Source: an uncultured Verrucomicrobiota bacterium (GTDB lineage Bacteria; Verrucomicrobiota; Verrucomicrobiia; Limisphaerales; UBA1412). From it: a DNA stretch of 64,000 nt. Positions 39,710 through 48,317 of this stretch are shown one piece after another. The DNA lies in assembly GCA_964609795.1 (NCBI GenBank), contig CAZSTC010000002.1, positions 29,849 through 93,848 on the forward strand. The letters run 5' to 3'. Under the pieces are notes generated by a model that saw nothing but the letters and a program-made list of their open reading frames with translations, ran no database searches and was not told the origin of the DNA. Made by a program: the position numbers and the translations under genes. Each line of letters starts with the position of its first letter. Positions within the stretch are counted from its first letter, which is position 1.

Positions 39710-40558
39710 TTACATATCCAAACAGATTTTCTCCTGAGCCGGTATGATCCGGTTGGGGGCTTGGTTAAAGACACCATTCTGATATTTGCTCAAGCGATAA
39801 ATCATGGCAAAAGTAAACTGAGGAGCATCTCCACCTTGACCTCCGACTACCTCTGCCCCGCGGGTCACATTTCGCTGCATGTAAGCCGGTAAATTTAAAT
39901 GATAAGGATTGCGGGCAACTTCTCCGTAATGGAAAGAAAAACCAGTAATCATGCGAGTCAAATCCTCACTGGAAACTTCAATCATCAAATTAGGATTTTC
40001 TAATTCACCCCAAAACTCAGTCTCCACAACCGTAACTGAGTAGTCCTTAGGCATACTGGCAAGTGCATCCTCGACCAGATAATGAGTTCCGATATGCCCA
40101 CTGTTCCAATCCTTTGAGTGTGGCATCATAATTACGCTTGGTTTTTCACGCACGAGAATATCACGGATAACGGCGACCTTCTCTGCCCATTCACCCGGTT
40201 TGCCATCTCGAACACTCAAACGTACATTCAATAATCCAACCGGTCCGGTTTGGATAATCCCAAAGCCTAAATAATTACACGCATCAGTAACCTCTTTCAA
40301 ACGGGGGGCTTGTCTCTCGGGACTGCTCCCTTGAGTCACGACAACATTCTTAACCCTCATTCCTCTTTCCTGGAGCAGGCGTAACGCTATTGCACCAGTA
40401 CCACATTCGTCATCCGGATGCGGTGAAAAAACAAGCACGGAAGGAGCGTTCGGAGCATGGGGCTCGCGTTTAAGCGGAGCTACACCACCCAAAGGAATTT
40501 TTTGTGCTTGTTCAACTAATTTTACAATACCCTCTATATACTCTTTATAACTATTCAT
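39710..40558 (-). CDS. PIG-L/LmbE-family N-acetylglucosaminyl deacetylase
   Basis: VLVFSPHPDDECGTGA zinc-site motif. I prefer ATG 40558 over the TTG at 40570. Confidence 0.8.
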   Translation of the reverse strand: MNSYKEYIEGIVKLVEQAQKIPLGGVAPLKREPHAPNAPSVLVFSPHPDDECGTGAIALRLLQERGMRVKNVVVTQGSSPERQAPRLKEVTDACNYLGFGIIQTGPVGLLNVRLSVRDGKPGEWAEKVAVIRDILVREKPSVIMMPHSKDWNSGHIGTHYLVEDALASMPKDYSVTVVETEFWGELENPNLMIEVSSEDLTRMITGFSFHYGEVARNPYHLNLPAYMQRNVTRGAEVVGGQGGDAPQFTFAMIYRLSKYQNGVFNQAPNRIIPAQEKICLDM

Positions 40559-40579
40559 ATAATTAAGCAAAGGTCGTAT

Positions 40580-41977
40580 CTATTTGTTTATGCTGGGAAG
40601 GCTTGCTGCCGCAATAGCCTGACCGTGACGTTTATCCCTCTCACTGGGCGTATGATAGACAATCCTGGCAGCCAGTTCCGGGAATTCGCATGCCAACACT
40701 TCTCTTGCCTTCTCCATAATAATACTTCCACCCTCACCTGATGTGACGCGGCCTAAGGTCAGCACATTTTTCACGTCGTAAAACTCTGCATACAACGCCG
40801 TCGCGTATCCCAGATAAACTCCAATCGTATTAAAAATCGACCGTGCACGCTTATCTCCCTCAGACATCAGCTTCTGCACTTCCTTCAACTTCTCAGGAAG
40901 GGTCATCTGGGCTGGCAAATCAATTCCGGCCGGCGTTAAAAGCCTCCCAACAGCCTGCTGAGAAAAATACTGCACGCCGCAACCCAAATCCCCCGACCAC
41001 TCGTCTATAGGAGCGTTATCCCGGTAGTCTACGGGCGCAAAAGCCAGTTCATCCAATCGTGAAGTTATTCTTCCATCCGGCGTGACGTATCCAACTGCCT
41101 GACTGCTGCCCAAGGCGATACCCAAAACTGCGTTGTCATTTAGAGACATTGCCCCGGCCAATGCCGTAACCTCTCCATCATTGACAACTTCAAAGGGAAT
41201 GTTGCCCCACGCCTTTTGCAATTCCAAAAATATTTCTCTTACCCTGCTCTTGAAAAGAGAAGCTGAAACACTGCGGAAAAGCGATGCTACCTGAACCCGA
41301 TTATTCACATAGCAGCCGGCAGCACTTCCTCCAATTGCATCTACTCGCGGCAAGTGTGCAGCGGCACTTTTTAACATAGCCATCAGCTCGTCATAATGCC
41401 ACTGAGGGTCTTCCTGTAATGCAGGCATCCAAGGAACTTCTTCGCTGAAAACCACTTCTCCATCCTTAACCGCAGCCACCTTACGATCACTTGCTCCCAG
41501 ATCAAAACCGATACGGCACCCATCCAAATGTCGGCCCAGAGACATTGCCAATTCCTTCGCAGGAGGCAAGTCTGCTAAAGACTCAGCCCAGACGATTTCG
41601 AACGGTTTCTCGTAAATAAGTTTCCCCATCAGGCGGGCATCAAATTGGCCTCGCTCTGTGTTGACGTAGTGGTCACGCAGACGGTCCACCATAGCTTTTG
41701 GCGCGGCAACGTGGATGCGGTATCCACCATAGGACCAAAGCAAAAACTTTACCAAACGTTCAAGATAAAAGTCATTGCGCATGCCAAAAGGATGCTCAGC
41801 GGGTGGTAGGTTTGATGAAAACCAATAAACAGAACCATCAGCCTGTTCAACAGCAATACTAACCGGTATTCCACCAGACTCTTTAACTACTTTCTCTATC
41901 GCCTTTAAGTGCAAGATCGCAGGGCTGAACTCCGCGTCCAACTCAGGCACAACTTTGGCTTTTACCTTCGCGTCCAT
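40580..41977 (-). CDS. ROK-like / ASKHA-superfamily sugar kinase homologue with a ~150-aa N-terminal extension
   Basis: Phosphate-1 motif IGFDLGASDRKVAAV begins at about residue 157. VVNDGEVTALAGAM and LTLGRVTSGEGG resemble the ROK phosphate-2 and adenosine motifs. I did not see the ROK CxCGxxGC zinc motif. Confidence 0.7.
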   Translation of the reverse strand: MDAKVKAKVVPELDAEFSPAILHLKAIEKVVKESGGIPVSIAVEQADGSVYWFSSNLPPAEHPFGMRNDFYLERLVKFLLWSYGGYRIHVAAPKAMVDRLRDHYVNTERGQFDARLMGKLIYEKPFEIVWAESLADLPPAKELAMSLGRHLDGCRIGFDLGASDRKVAAVKDGEVVFSEEVPWMPALQEDPQWHYDELMAMLKSAAAHLPRVDAIGGSAAGCYVNNRVQVASLFRSVSASLFKSRVREIFLELQKAWGNIPFEVVNDGEVTALAGAMSLNDNAVLGIALGSSQAVGYVTPDGRITSRLDELAFAPVDYRDNAPIDEWSGDLGCGVQYFSQQAVGRLLTPAGIDLPAQMTLPEKLKEVQKLMSEGDKRARSIFNTIGVYLGYATALYAEFYDVKNVLTLGRVTSGEGGSIIMEKAREVLACEFPELAARIVYHTPSERDKRHGQAIAAASLPSINK

Positions 41978-42185
41978 GCGATTATATTAGCGCTAATGAA
42001 CCTTTATGGCTAGAAAAAATGCGGGTGTAAGCGCATCTCCTTGTTTATTAACGGATACCGGAGATTGGCAATCGCCCCATTCCGGAAACGCAAAATGAAT
42101 GGCTCCGTATGTGGGCATATACCGGCTCTTGGAGAAGGTTGTTTTTTTTATAACCTTGTGATTAACTCTCAGCAGTTGTCAATCT

Positions 42186-43103
42186 ATGCCAACCTCAAAA
42201 TTACAAATCTTATGGCAAGTTTCCCTGGAGGTGCACTCAACTTCTGAGGATGCGATTACGGAATTATTTATCCGCCTTTTCGGAGATAGCATTTCTCCTT
42301 CAGCGTGGCAATTGCACGAAAGCCCGCGTGTGAAAGTATCATTTTATACAGCGGAACTTCCGGCTTCAGTCCAGGCAATACGCACGCTCATTAAGCAAGA
42401 GCTTCTGAAGCTGGAGGAGGCTGGTTTGGATGTTTCCTCTTCCAAACTGAGTATCCGCAAAATAAAAAAAGAAAACTGGGCTGAATCTTGGAAACGCCAT
42501 TTCCATGTTCTTACTTTCGATAAAAAACTGATGATCGCGCCCAGCTGGAGCAAGCGAAAGGCTTTAAAAAATATGGTACGTCTGGTGCTTGACCCCGGAT
42601 TGAGCTTCGGCACAGGACATCATCCCACTACCAGCTATTGCCTCAATCAAGTTGTGAAATATGCTCCAACGCAAGATTCCAAAGCATCTATGCTCGATAT
42701 TGGCTGCGGGACCGGCATCCTATCTATTGCCGCAGCCCGATTAGGGTACTCGCCTGTGTTTGGTTTCGATAATGACGAAGAGGCCATTCATAACTCAATT
42801 AAGAATGCTGAACTCAACCAAGCTGAAGAACTGATATCGTTCAAAACCCTCGGAGTAGAAAAAATGAGTCTCGACAAAAATGACGTCTGGGATCTGGTCT
42901 GCGCCAACCTGGAAGCCCCTCTTCTCATAGAGATGGCTGAACGGATCGCCGCTAAAGTTGCTTCCAATGGTAAACTTGTTATCGCAGGAATTCTAACACA
43001 TCAATTTGAGGCAGTTCAGAAGGCTTATTCCAAGCAGGGATTCCGTCTGGAAGACAGCTCATCCGGAGGAGAATGGACTTCGGGCACCTTAGTGAAAAAG
43101 TAA
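42186..43103 (+). CDS. prmA: Ribosomal protein L11 methyltransferase
   Basis: DPGLSFGTGHHPTTSYCL and the SAM-binding motif LDIGCGTGILSIAA. Confidence 0.9.
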   Translation: MPTSKLQILWQVSLEVHSTSEDAITELFIRLFGDSISPSAWQLHESPRVKVSFYTAELPASVQAIRTLIKQELLKLEEAGLDVSSSKLSIRKIKKENWAESWKRHFHVLTFDKKLMIAPSWSKRKALKNMVRLVLDPGLSFGTGHHPTTSYCLNQVVKYAPTQDSKASMLDIGCGTGILSIAAARLGYSPVFGFDNDEEAIHNSIKNAELNQAEELISFKTLGVEKMSLDKNDVWDLVCANLEAPLLIEMAERIAAKVASNGKLVIAGILTHQFEAVQKAYSKQGFRLEDSSSGGEWTSGTLVKK

Positions 43104-43107
43104 AAAT

Positions 43108-43527
43108 ATGGAAGATATTAAAAGTTTTTTGAAACGCGACAACTTTAGCAACCTGGTTGGAATTGAACTTTTAGAAGTTAAACCGGGTTATGCCCGCACG
43201 AAACTTGAAATCAAACCTCATCATCTGAACGGTTTTCGAGCCGTTCATGGGGGCGTAATCTTCACCTTAGCTGATTTAGCTTGCGCCGCTGCAAGCAATG
43301 CAGAAGGTCAGCTTACCGTTTTAGTCAGTGCTTCTATTCACTACATTAAAAGCGGTAAGGGAGGAACCCTTTTTGCTGAAGCGAAAAAAATATGCTCGAA
43401 TGCTAAGTTGAGCTCTTTCGAGATTACTATCAGCGATGACAAGGCGGAAATAATCGCCTCATTCCAAGGATTGGCTTACCACAAGAAATCAACGCTTTCA
43501 GAGGTTATACGCCTTCATCCCGATTAA
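43108..43527 (+). CDS. PaaI-family hotdog-fold thioesterase
   Basis: 139 aa with the AVHGGVIFTLADLACAAA motif typical of PaaI/YdiI thioesterases. Confidence 0.8.
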   Translation: MEDIKSFLKRDNFSNLVGIELLEVKPGYARTKLEIKPHHLNGFRAVHGGVIFTLADLACAAASNAEGQLTVLVSASIHYIKSGKGGTLFAEAKKICSNAKLSSFEITISDDKAEIIASFQGLAYHKKSTLSEVIRLHPD

Positions 43528-43545
43528 AAAAGATTCTATTCTCCA

Positions 43546-45012
43546 CTACCACGTCAGCCACATTTCTGCCCGGAAAAAATAGGCAGTAGACCTGTAGGCG
43601 TCTGAATAATAATCTCCAGGCAAAATAGTTTCAAAGAGCAAGTGAGTTTTAATGTGTGGGTTCAGGGTGTACTGAAGTTTGCTGTAGACCAGATGTCCCT
43701 TAAAAGAACCATCTTCAGTATGAGCAATATCGCCCGCCTTGGGGTTTGCCGGAGCAAACATGGGACGATAGCTTGCTTCAAAACCTAATTTGTCCAATGG
43801 CGCGACATAGTACCCCAAAAACGGGGATGCCATATTCGAATAATCACATGATTTGCCACTATCAATCCGACTGTAAGCCATTGTTTCACTAACCCTGGGA
43901 TACCTGCCCCATAAAATATCAAAACCATTATCGACATCTTTGCCGTTTCTGTCTCCGGATAGATATTCAAAACCAAGCCAAAGTCGATTTTTAAGAGCGT
44001 CTTTGAAATCATAGGTCAACTGGGATAGAGACCCTGCAGCCAACAAATCCCTCCCATTTCTGCGCCCGATCTGCCCCGCTATTTCTGTTGAGAGATTCCA
44101 GTGGTCATCAAACTGGTATACGACTTTTGGACGAATCGTCACATTGTCGCCGTAGTCTGAGCTGATCAAATCACCGGGATATTCATGTTTATAAAGGAAC
44201 AATGACTCCAAGGTTGTGTTTTTTAGCGATTTGTTTCGAATCAAAATCATCCCCCCTTGAATATCCTCTTCTGAAAGATATTTCCGGCTTTGCTGCATAT
44301 CAATGGGTGGCAGCCATGCATCAGAGCGAGCCGACTGATAGAGATAGATCGCATCCATCGTCGTTTCATCATCAGGGAAACGATATGTAAAACGCCCTGC
44401 GTCAAAAAATGAAGTTCTGGAGCCATCCCTGCTGGTTCCATCCATAATCAGCCAGGGAATCCCCATATCCGACAACTCCTGGCGCCCCAGTCTCAGCTCA
44501 TAAGAAGATTCTTCCTGTGCAAAAAATTTCAAATAGAGATTATCAAAAAGGATTTCACCTGACTCAATTCCGCGCACGGGCGAAGGGTCAATATAATTTC
44601 TCAGAACATAAGTAGCACGGGTATGAAATGAAAAATAATCTACCGGTTTAATATCTGTCCAAACACGAAATCGATACCGTTGATGGTTATTCTCCGGCTC
44701 TGGCAGAGAAGAATTTTGCTGTGCATTGGCTATGTACTCTTCCCTTGCTCTTAAGTCCGCACCCCATTTAAGCCAGGAGACTGGGTTCTTGGTTTTCTGT
44801 ATCCATTTCTCTGATAGCTTCCAGGAAGCATTTTCACCGGAATCCATTGATTCTGCTACTTCCACAGAATCCTTCACCTGTGAAGCAACACTTTTTTCGG
44901 ATGTTTCTCCGGTGGCACCTGCAGCGCTAGCCCGGACAGTAACCGAACTATTAGACAAAAGTAATAAAAGGAGTGCAGTAATTATTTTTTGCATCCTGGC
45001 GGTATCAACCAT
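43546..45012 (-). CDS. Outer-membrane beta-barrel protein, alginate-export (AlgE-like) family
   Basis: Signal peptide (MQKIITALLLLLLSNSSVTVRASA, counted from the second ATG at 44994), LRLGRQELS motif, alternating beta-strand pattern and a C-terminal aromatic residue (…MWLTW). Confidence 0.65.
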   Translation of the reverse strand: MVDTARMQKIITALLLLLLSNSSVTVRASAAGATGETSEKSVASQVKDSVEVAESMDSGENASWKLSEKWIQKTKNPVSWLKWGADLRAREEYIANAQQNSSLPEPENNHQRYRFRVWTDIKPVDYFSFHTRATYVLRNYIDPSPVRGIESGEILFDNLYLKFFAQEESSYELRLGRQELSDMGIPWLIMDGTSRDGSRTSFFDAGRFTYRFPDDETTMDAIYLYQSARSDAWLPPIDMQQSRKYLSEEDIQGGMILIRNKSLKNTTLESLFLYKHEYPGDLISSDYGDNVTIRPKVVYQFDDHWNLSTEIAGQIGRRNGRDLLAAGSLSQLTYDFKDALKNRLWLGFEYLSGDRNGKDVDNGFDILWGRYPRVSETMAYSRIDSGKSCDYSNMASPFLGYYVAPLDKLGFEASYRPMFAPANPKAGDIAHTEDGSFKGHLVYSKLQYTLNPHIKTHLLFETILPGDYYSDAYRSTAYFFRAEMWLTW

Positions 45013-45253
45013 ACGCGTTCTTTCATATCACGATTGCCCTGCCCATTTCGAGAGAATATCTAATTGTTTTCAAAATTTCACAACAGGTTGGGCACACAAC
45101 CTATACCCTCCGTTTTTTTAGGGCCATACATTCAGCCTTAAGTAATCCCACTGTCCAACGTTCAATAAACCCTTTAATTTCAGAGTTGAAGGAAGAGAGA
45201 TTTGGGGTCAAACTCTGAATCGCTTTTTTATCAGAGATAAAGGGCTAAAAATT

Positions 45254-46516
45254 ATGAGAAATTTTTTGTTAATCATTTGCCTGTACTTTTGTTCCCCAGC
45301 TCTCTGGACTTCGGCAGACGTTGTAAAAAATTTAACCACATTTCTGGGTGACACACCTCTCTTTTTTAATCAGGGAGAAACGGTTGACGCGAAATCTCTT
45401 TTTTCCACTCAGAAAGGGAAACGCCTCCTACAAAAACCACTCTCTTCCAGCGATGCTCAAAAGGTCTCAGATTTTTTCTTCCAAGCCTATCAAAGCGAAC
45501 TTAAGAAAAACTTCGGCACACAGTGGGGAAAGAGAGAATTGCTGAAAGGAGATTTAAAAATGCCTTTTGAGACACGAATCTCAGGTGAAAAAACAGAAGA
45601 AGGCCGAAGCCTTTATATCTCTATGCATGGCGGCGGCAATGCCCCCTCGCAGTTAAACAGCCAACAGTGGAAAAATCAAATACTCTTGTACACTCCCGAA
45701 GAGGGCGTTTATATCGCACCCCGAGCACCTTTTGACGATTGGAATATGTGGTTCAGGCCAGAAATGGATTTTTTCTTTGATCGACTCATCCAGATGGCGG
45801 TGATTGAACTCGACGTTAATCCCAATAAGGTATACCTACTCGGCTACTCAGCCGGCGGCGATGGGGTATATCGAATGGCTCCCCGCATGGCAGATCGCTG
45901 GGCCGCTGCGTCAATGATGGCGGGTCATCCGGGCGATGTTTCGCCTTTGAACCTGCGCAACATCGGATTTACCCTCTGGGTTGGCGGCAAGGACGCAGCC
46001 TACGATAGAAATAAAAAAGCAGTTGAGTTCGGACAAAAACTGGCTGCATTGAGAGAATCCGACCCTCAAGGCTACTCCCATGAAGCACATATCTTAGAGA
46101 ATAAATCTCATTGGATGGACTTGGAAGATGCTGCCGCTCTTAACTGGATGGCAAAATTCAGACGTAATCCACTACCAGAGAAAATCGCCTGGCGCCAGGA
46201 GGAGTCTGAGGCTATACCCAGTTCTTTCTATTGGGTGAGCATACCTCCCTCCTGCAAGCCCCACAAGGGGGATACCCTCATCATCAATCGCCAATCCAAC
46301 ACTTTTAACATAGAGAAATCCGACTACCCGCAAATCACCATCAATCTGAACGATAAAATGATTGATTTCAACAAACCGGTGAGGGTCGTCTTTGGAGAAA
46401 AAGAACTTTTTAGCGGAAGGGTCCAACGCTCTATCCTGAGCATCTACGAAAGCATTCAAACACGCGGAGATCAGGACTATATTTTCTGCGCACAAATCCA
46501 AGTAAACACAAAATAA
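45254..46516 (+). CDS. Secreted alpha/beta-hydrolase (esterase/lipase-like)
   Basis: Signal peptide, oxyanion-hole-like ISMHGGGN, and the nucleophile elbow LLGYSAGGDG (G-x-S-x-G). Confidence 0.65.
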   Translation: MRNFLLIICLYFCSPALWTSADVVKNLTTFLGDTPLFFNQGETVDAKSLFSTQKGKRLLQKPLSSSDAQKVSDFFFQAYQSELKKNFGTQWGKRELLKGDLKMPFETRISGEKTEEGRSLYISMHGGGNAPSQLNSQQWKNQILLYTPEEGVYIAPRAPFDDWNMWFRPEMDFFFDRLIQMAVIELDVNPNKVYLLGYSAGGDGVYRMAPRMADRWAAASMMAGHPGDVSPLNLRNIGFTLWVGGKDAAYDRNKKAVEFGQKLAALRESDPQGYSHEAHILENKSHWMDLEDAAALNWMAKFRRNPLPEKIAWRQEESEAIPSSFYWVSIPPSCKPHKGDTLIINRQSNTFNIEKSDYPQITINLNDKMIDFNKPVRVVFGEKELFSGRVQRSILSIYESIQTRGDQDYIFCAQIQVNTK

Positions 46517-46529
46517 CTCTATTTAAATT

Positions 46530-47549
46530 ATGTCAAAAACTATTCTCTTAACAGGTGGTACCGGTTATATAGGAAGTCACACCGCGGTGGAACTTCTAAA
46601 TGAAGGATATGAAATTATTTGCGTGGATAACTGTTACAATAGCAGCCCAGATGTACTGAATAGAATCGAGAAAATCACCTCCAAGAAGGTTAAATTTTAT
46701 CATGATGATATTCTCGATGCTGCTGCCTTAAAGCGTATCTTTTCTGAAAACAAAGTGGATGCAGTTATCCATTTTGCAGGCCTTAAGGCCGTTGGAGAAT
46801 CGGTTTCCATGCCCTTGCAGTACTACCATAACAATATCTCCGGAACCTTGGTTCTCTGCCAGGCGATGAAGGATGCCAATGTTAAAAACATTGTTTTCAG
46901 CTCCTCGGCTACCGTTTACGGTTTGCCAAAATCATTACCGATTCAGGAAAACTTCCCACTCTCAGCCACCAATCCTTACGGACAAACCAAACTGATGATT
47001 GAACAAATACTCCAGGATTTATATGTTTCAGATCCGGGTTGGAGCATTTCTATTTTGCGTTATTTTAATCCCGTTGGAGCTCACAAGAGCGGTTTAATTG
47101 GCGAAGCTCCCAAGGGTATTCCCAATAACCTCATGCCCTATGTTACCCAAGTTGCCACAGGTAAACTTCCTCAATTAAAAATTTTCGGCAACGACTATCC
47201 GACCCCGGACGGAACGGGTGTCCGCGACTATATTCACGTGAGCGACCTAGCATCAGGTCATTCGGCTGCACTCAAACGTGTACTCAGCCAAACCGGCATA
47301 GATGTTTATAATCTGGGGACCGGTAAAGGTAACAGCGTCCTGGAACTCCTTCACGCCTTCGAGAAAGCATCGGGAAGAAAAATTCCTTATGAATTTGTTC
47401 CTAGACGGTCCGGCGATATCGCCTCTTGTTATGCTGATCCTACTAAAGCAAAGAAGGAACTTCACTGGGAAACAACTCGAGACTTGAATGAGATGTGTGA
47501 GGACTCATGGCGCTGGCAAAGCCAGTCTTCCGGCAAAACCTCCGATTAA
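46530..47549 (+). CDS. galE: UDP-glucose 4-epimerase
   Basis: Rossmann motif LTGGTGYIGSH and catalytic YGQTKLMIE (YxxxK); 339 aa. Confidence 0.95.
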   Translation: MSKTILLTGGTGYIGSHTAVELLNEGYEIICVDNCYNSSPDVLNRIEKITSKKVKFYHDDILDAAALKRIFSENKVDAVIHFAGLKAVGESVSMPLQYYHNNISGTLVLCQAMKDANVKNIVFSSSATVYGLPKSLPIQENFPLSATNPYGQTKLMIEQILQDLYVSDPGWSISILRYFNPVGAHKSGLIGEAPKGIPNNLMPYVTQVATGKLPQLKIFGNDYPTPDGTGVRDYIHVSDLASGHSAALKRVLSQTGIDVYNLGTGKGNSVLELLHAFEKASGRKIPYEFVPRRSGDIASCYADPTKAKKELHWETTRDLNEMCEDSWRWQSQSSGKTSD

Positions 47550-47608
47550 CTTTTCTACTCTTGTTTATCTCTCCGGCTCGCGGCTGTATAAAGTCAAAAG
47601 CCGGATTT

Positions 47609-47659
47609 GAAGAGAATTCTGAAATTCATATTATTGTTCAGGATTCTCTTGTTCTTTTC
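47609..47659 (+). terminator. Candidate intrinsic terminator after galE
   Basis: AAGAGAATTCTGAA (47610-47623) pairs with TTCAGGATTCTCTT (47637-47650): 14 bp including one G-U, with a 13-nt loop. It is followed by TTCTTTTC and lies 60 nt after the galE stop. The stem is AT-rich. Confidence 0.5.
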
Positions 47660-48047
47660 ATCTCAATAGCAAGTTTTCAATCTCTCACAAGCGCTTTCAC
47701 CGCGAGAATGTCCTGTATGGACAATATACTGGCAAATAATGACTTACGAACAAAAAGCGGAACGGCTGCCTTTTTCACCCCCCAAGGGATGCAATAAGAC
47801 CTTTGTCGCAGGCTATTCACCTACCACAGAGGTCTGTGCTTTTAAACTGCCTCAAGGAAACTATTCCTCGGATACAGTGCGATAGAACTTCTTTATTTAA
47901 GGGAACATAATGAGGCATCTGCGGGAACAAATGGGTAGAACTGGGAAAAAAGATATGGACATCATCAGTTCATTGGTAATCTCAAAAAAAATGATGCTGC
48001 ATTATTAAGTAGAGGTTAAACCCTAAAAGTGCTAAAAGTTCCCATGT

Positions 48048-48317
48048 ATGGGGATTGAGTCGAAAACCAGTACCGAAAAGAGACGCGAGGAATTGACACA
48101 CCTTGTTCAAATAAACATGGACTTGGTTAACAGCAAGCTTCCTGGTCTCTCTAAGGTTTCATGGGATAAATGGGGCACTGAACACAAGGGAGAACAGGTT
48201 ACCTGTCATGATTATCCAGTCAGTGATGAGTTAAAGCTCTTTTACCCTTTCTCCTTCGAGAACACCGAGATTGCATATTTTACCCCGAAAACTGGTGCCA
48301 AAAATGAAAATAAATAA
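48048..48317 (+). CDS. Hypothetical small hydrophilic protein (89 aa); weak call
   Basis: ATG-initiated ORF whose last 14 nt overlap the ATG (48304) of the downstream membrane/PstS-like gene (…AAAAATGAAAATAAATAA). No family recognised. Confidence 0.35.
   Translation: MGIESKTSTEKRREELTHLVQINMDLVNSKLPGLSKVSWDKWGTEHKGEQVTCHDYPVSDELKLFYPFSFENTEIAYFTPKTGAKNENK

Noticed and set aside
41987-41996. A perfect 10-bp palindrome TTAGCGCTAA 10 nt upstream of the ROK-like gene, suggesting a NagC/Mlc-type autoregulated repressor.
   Set aside because: The N-terminal 150 aa of the ROK-like protein show no winged-helix or HTH pattern. A single 10-bp palindrome in an AT-rich 208-bp divergent region is weak evidence. 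I keep it only as a possible operator for an unknown factor.
42041-42247. A 68-codon ORF spanning the prmA start region.
   Set aside because: It overlaps the well-supported prmA N-terminus out of frame, and its sequence is unremarkable with no recognisable motif.
47507-47797. A 96-codon ORF starting inside the galE 3' end, with a signal/lipobox-like N-terminus (LLLFISPARGC).
   Set aside because: It starts within galE in another frame and runs straight through the predicted galE terminator hairpin. The lipobox is non-canonical (Arg at -2), and no family was recognised.
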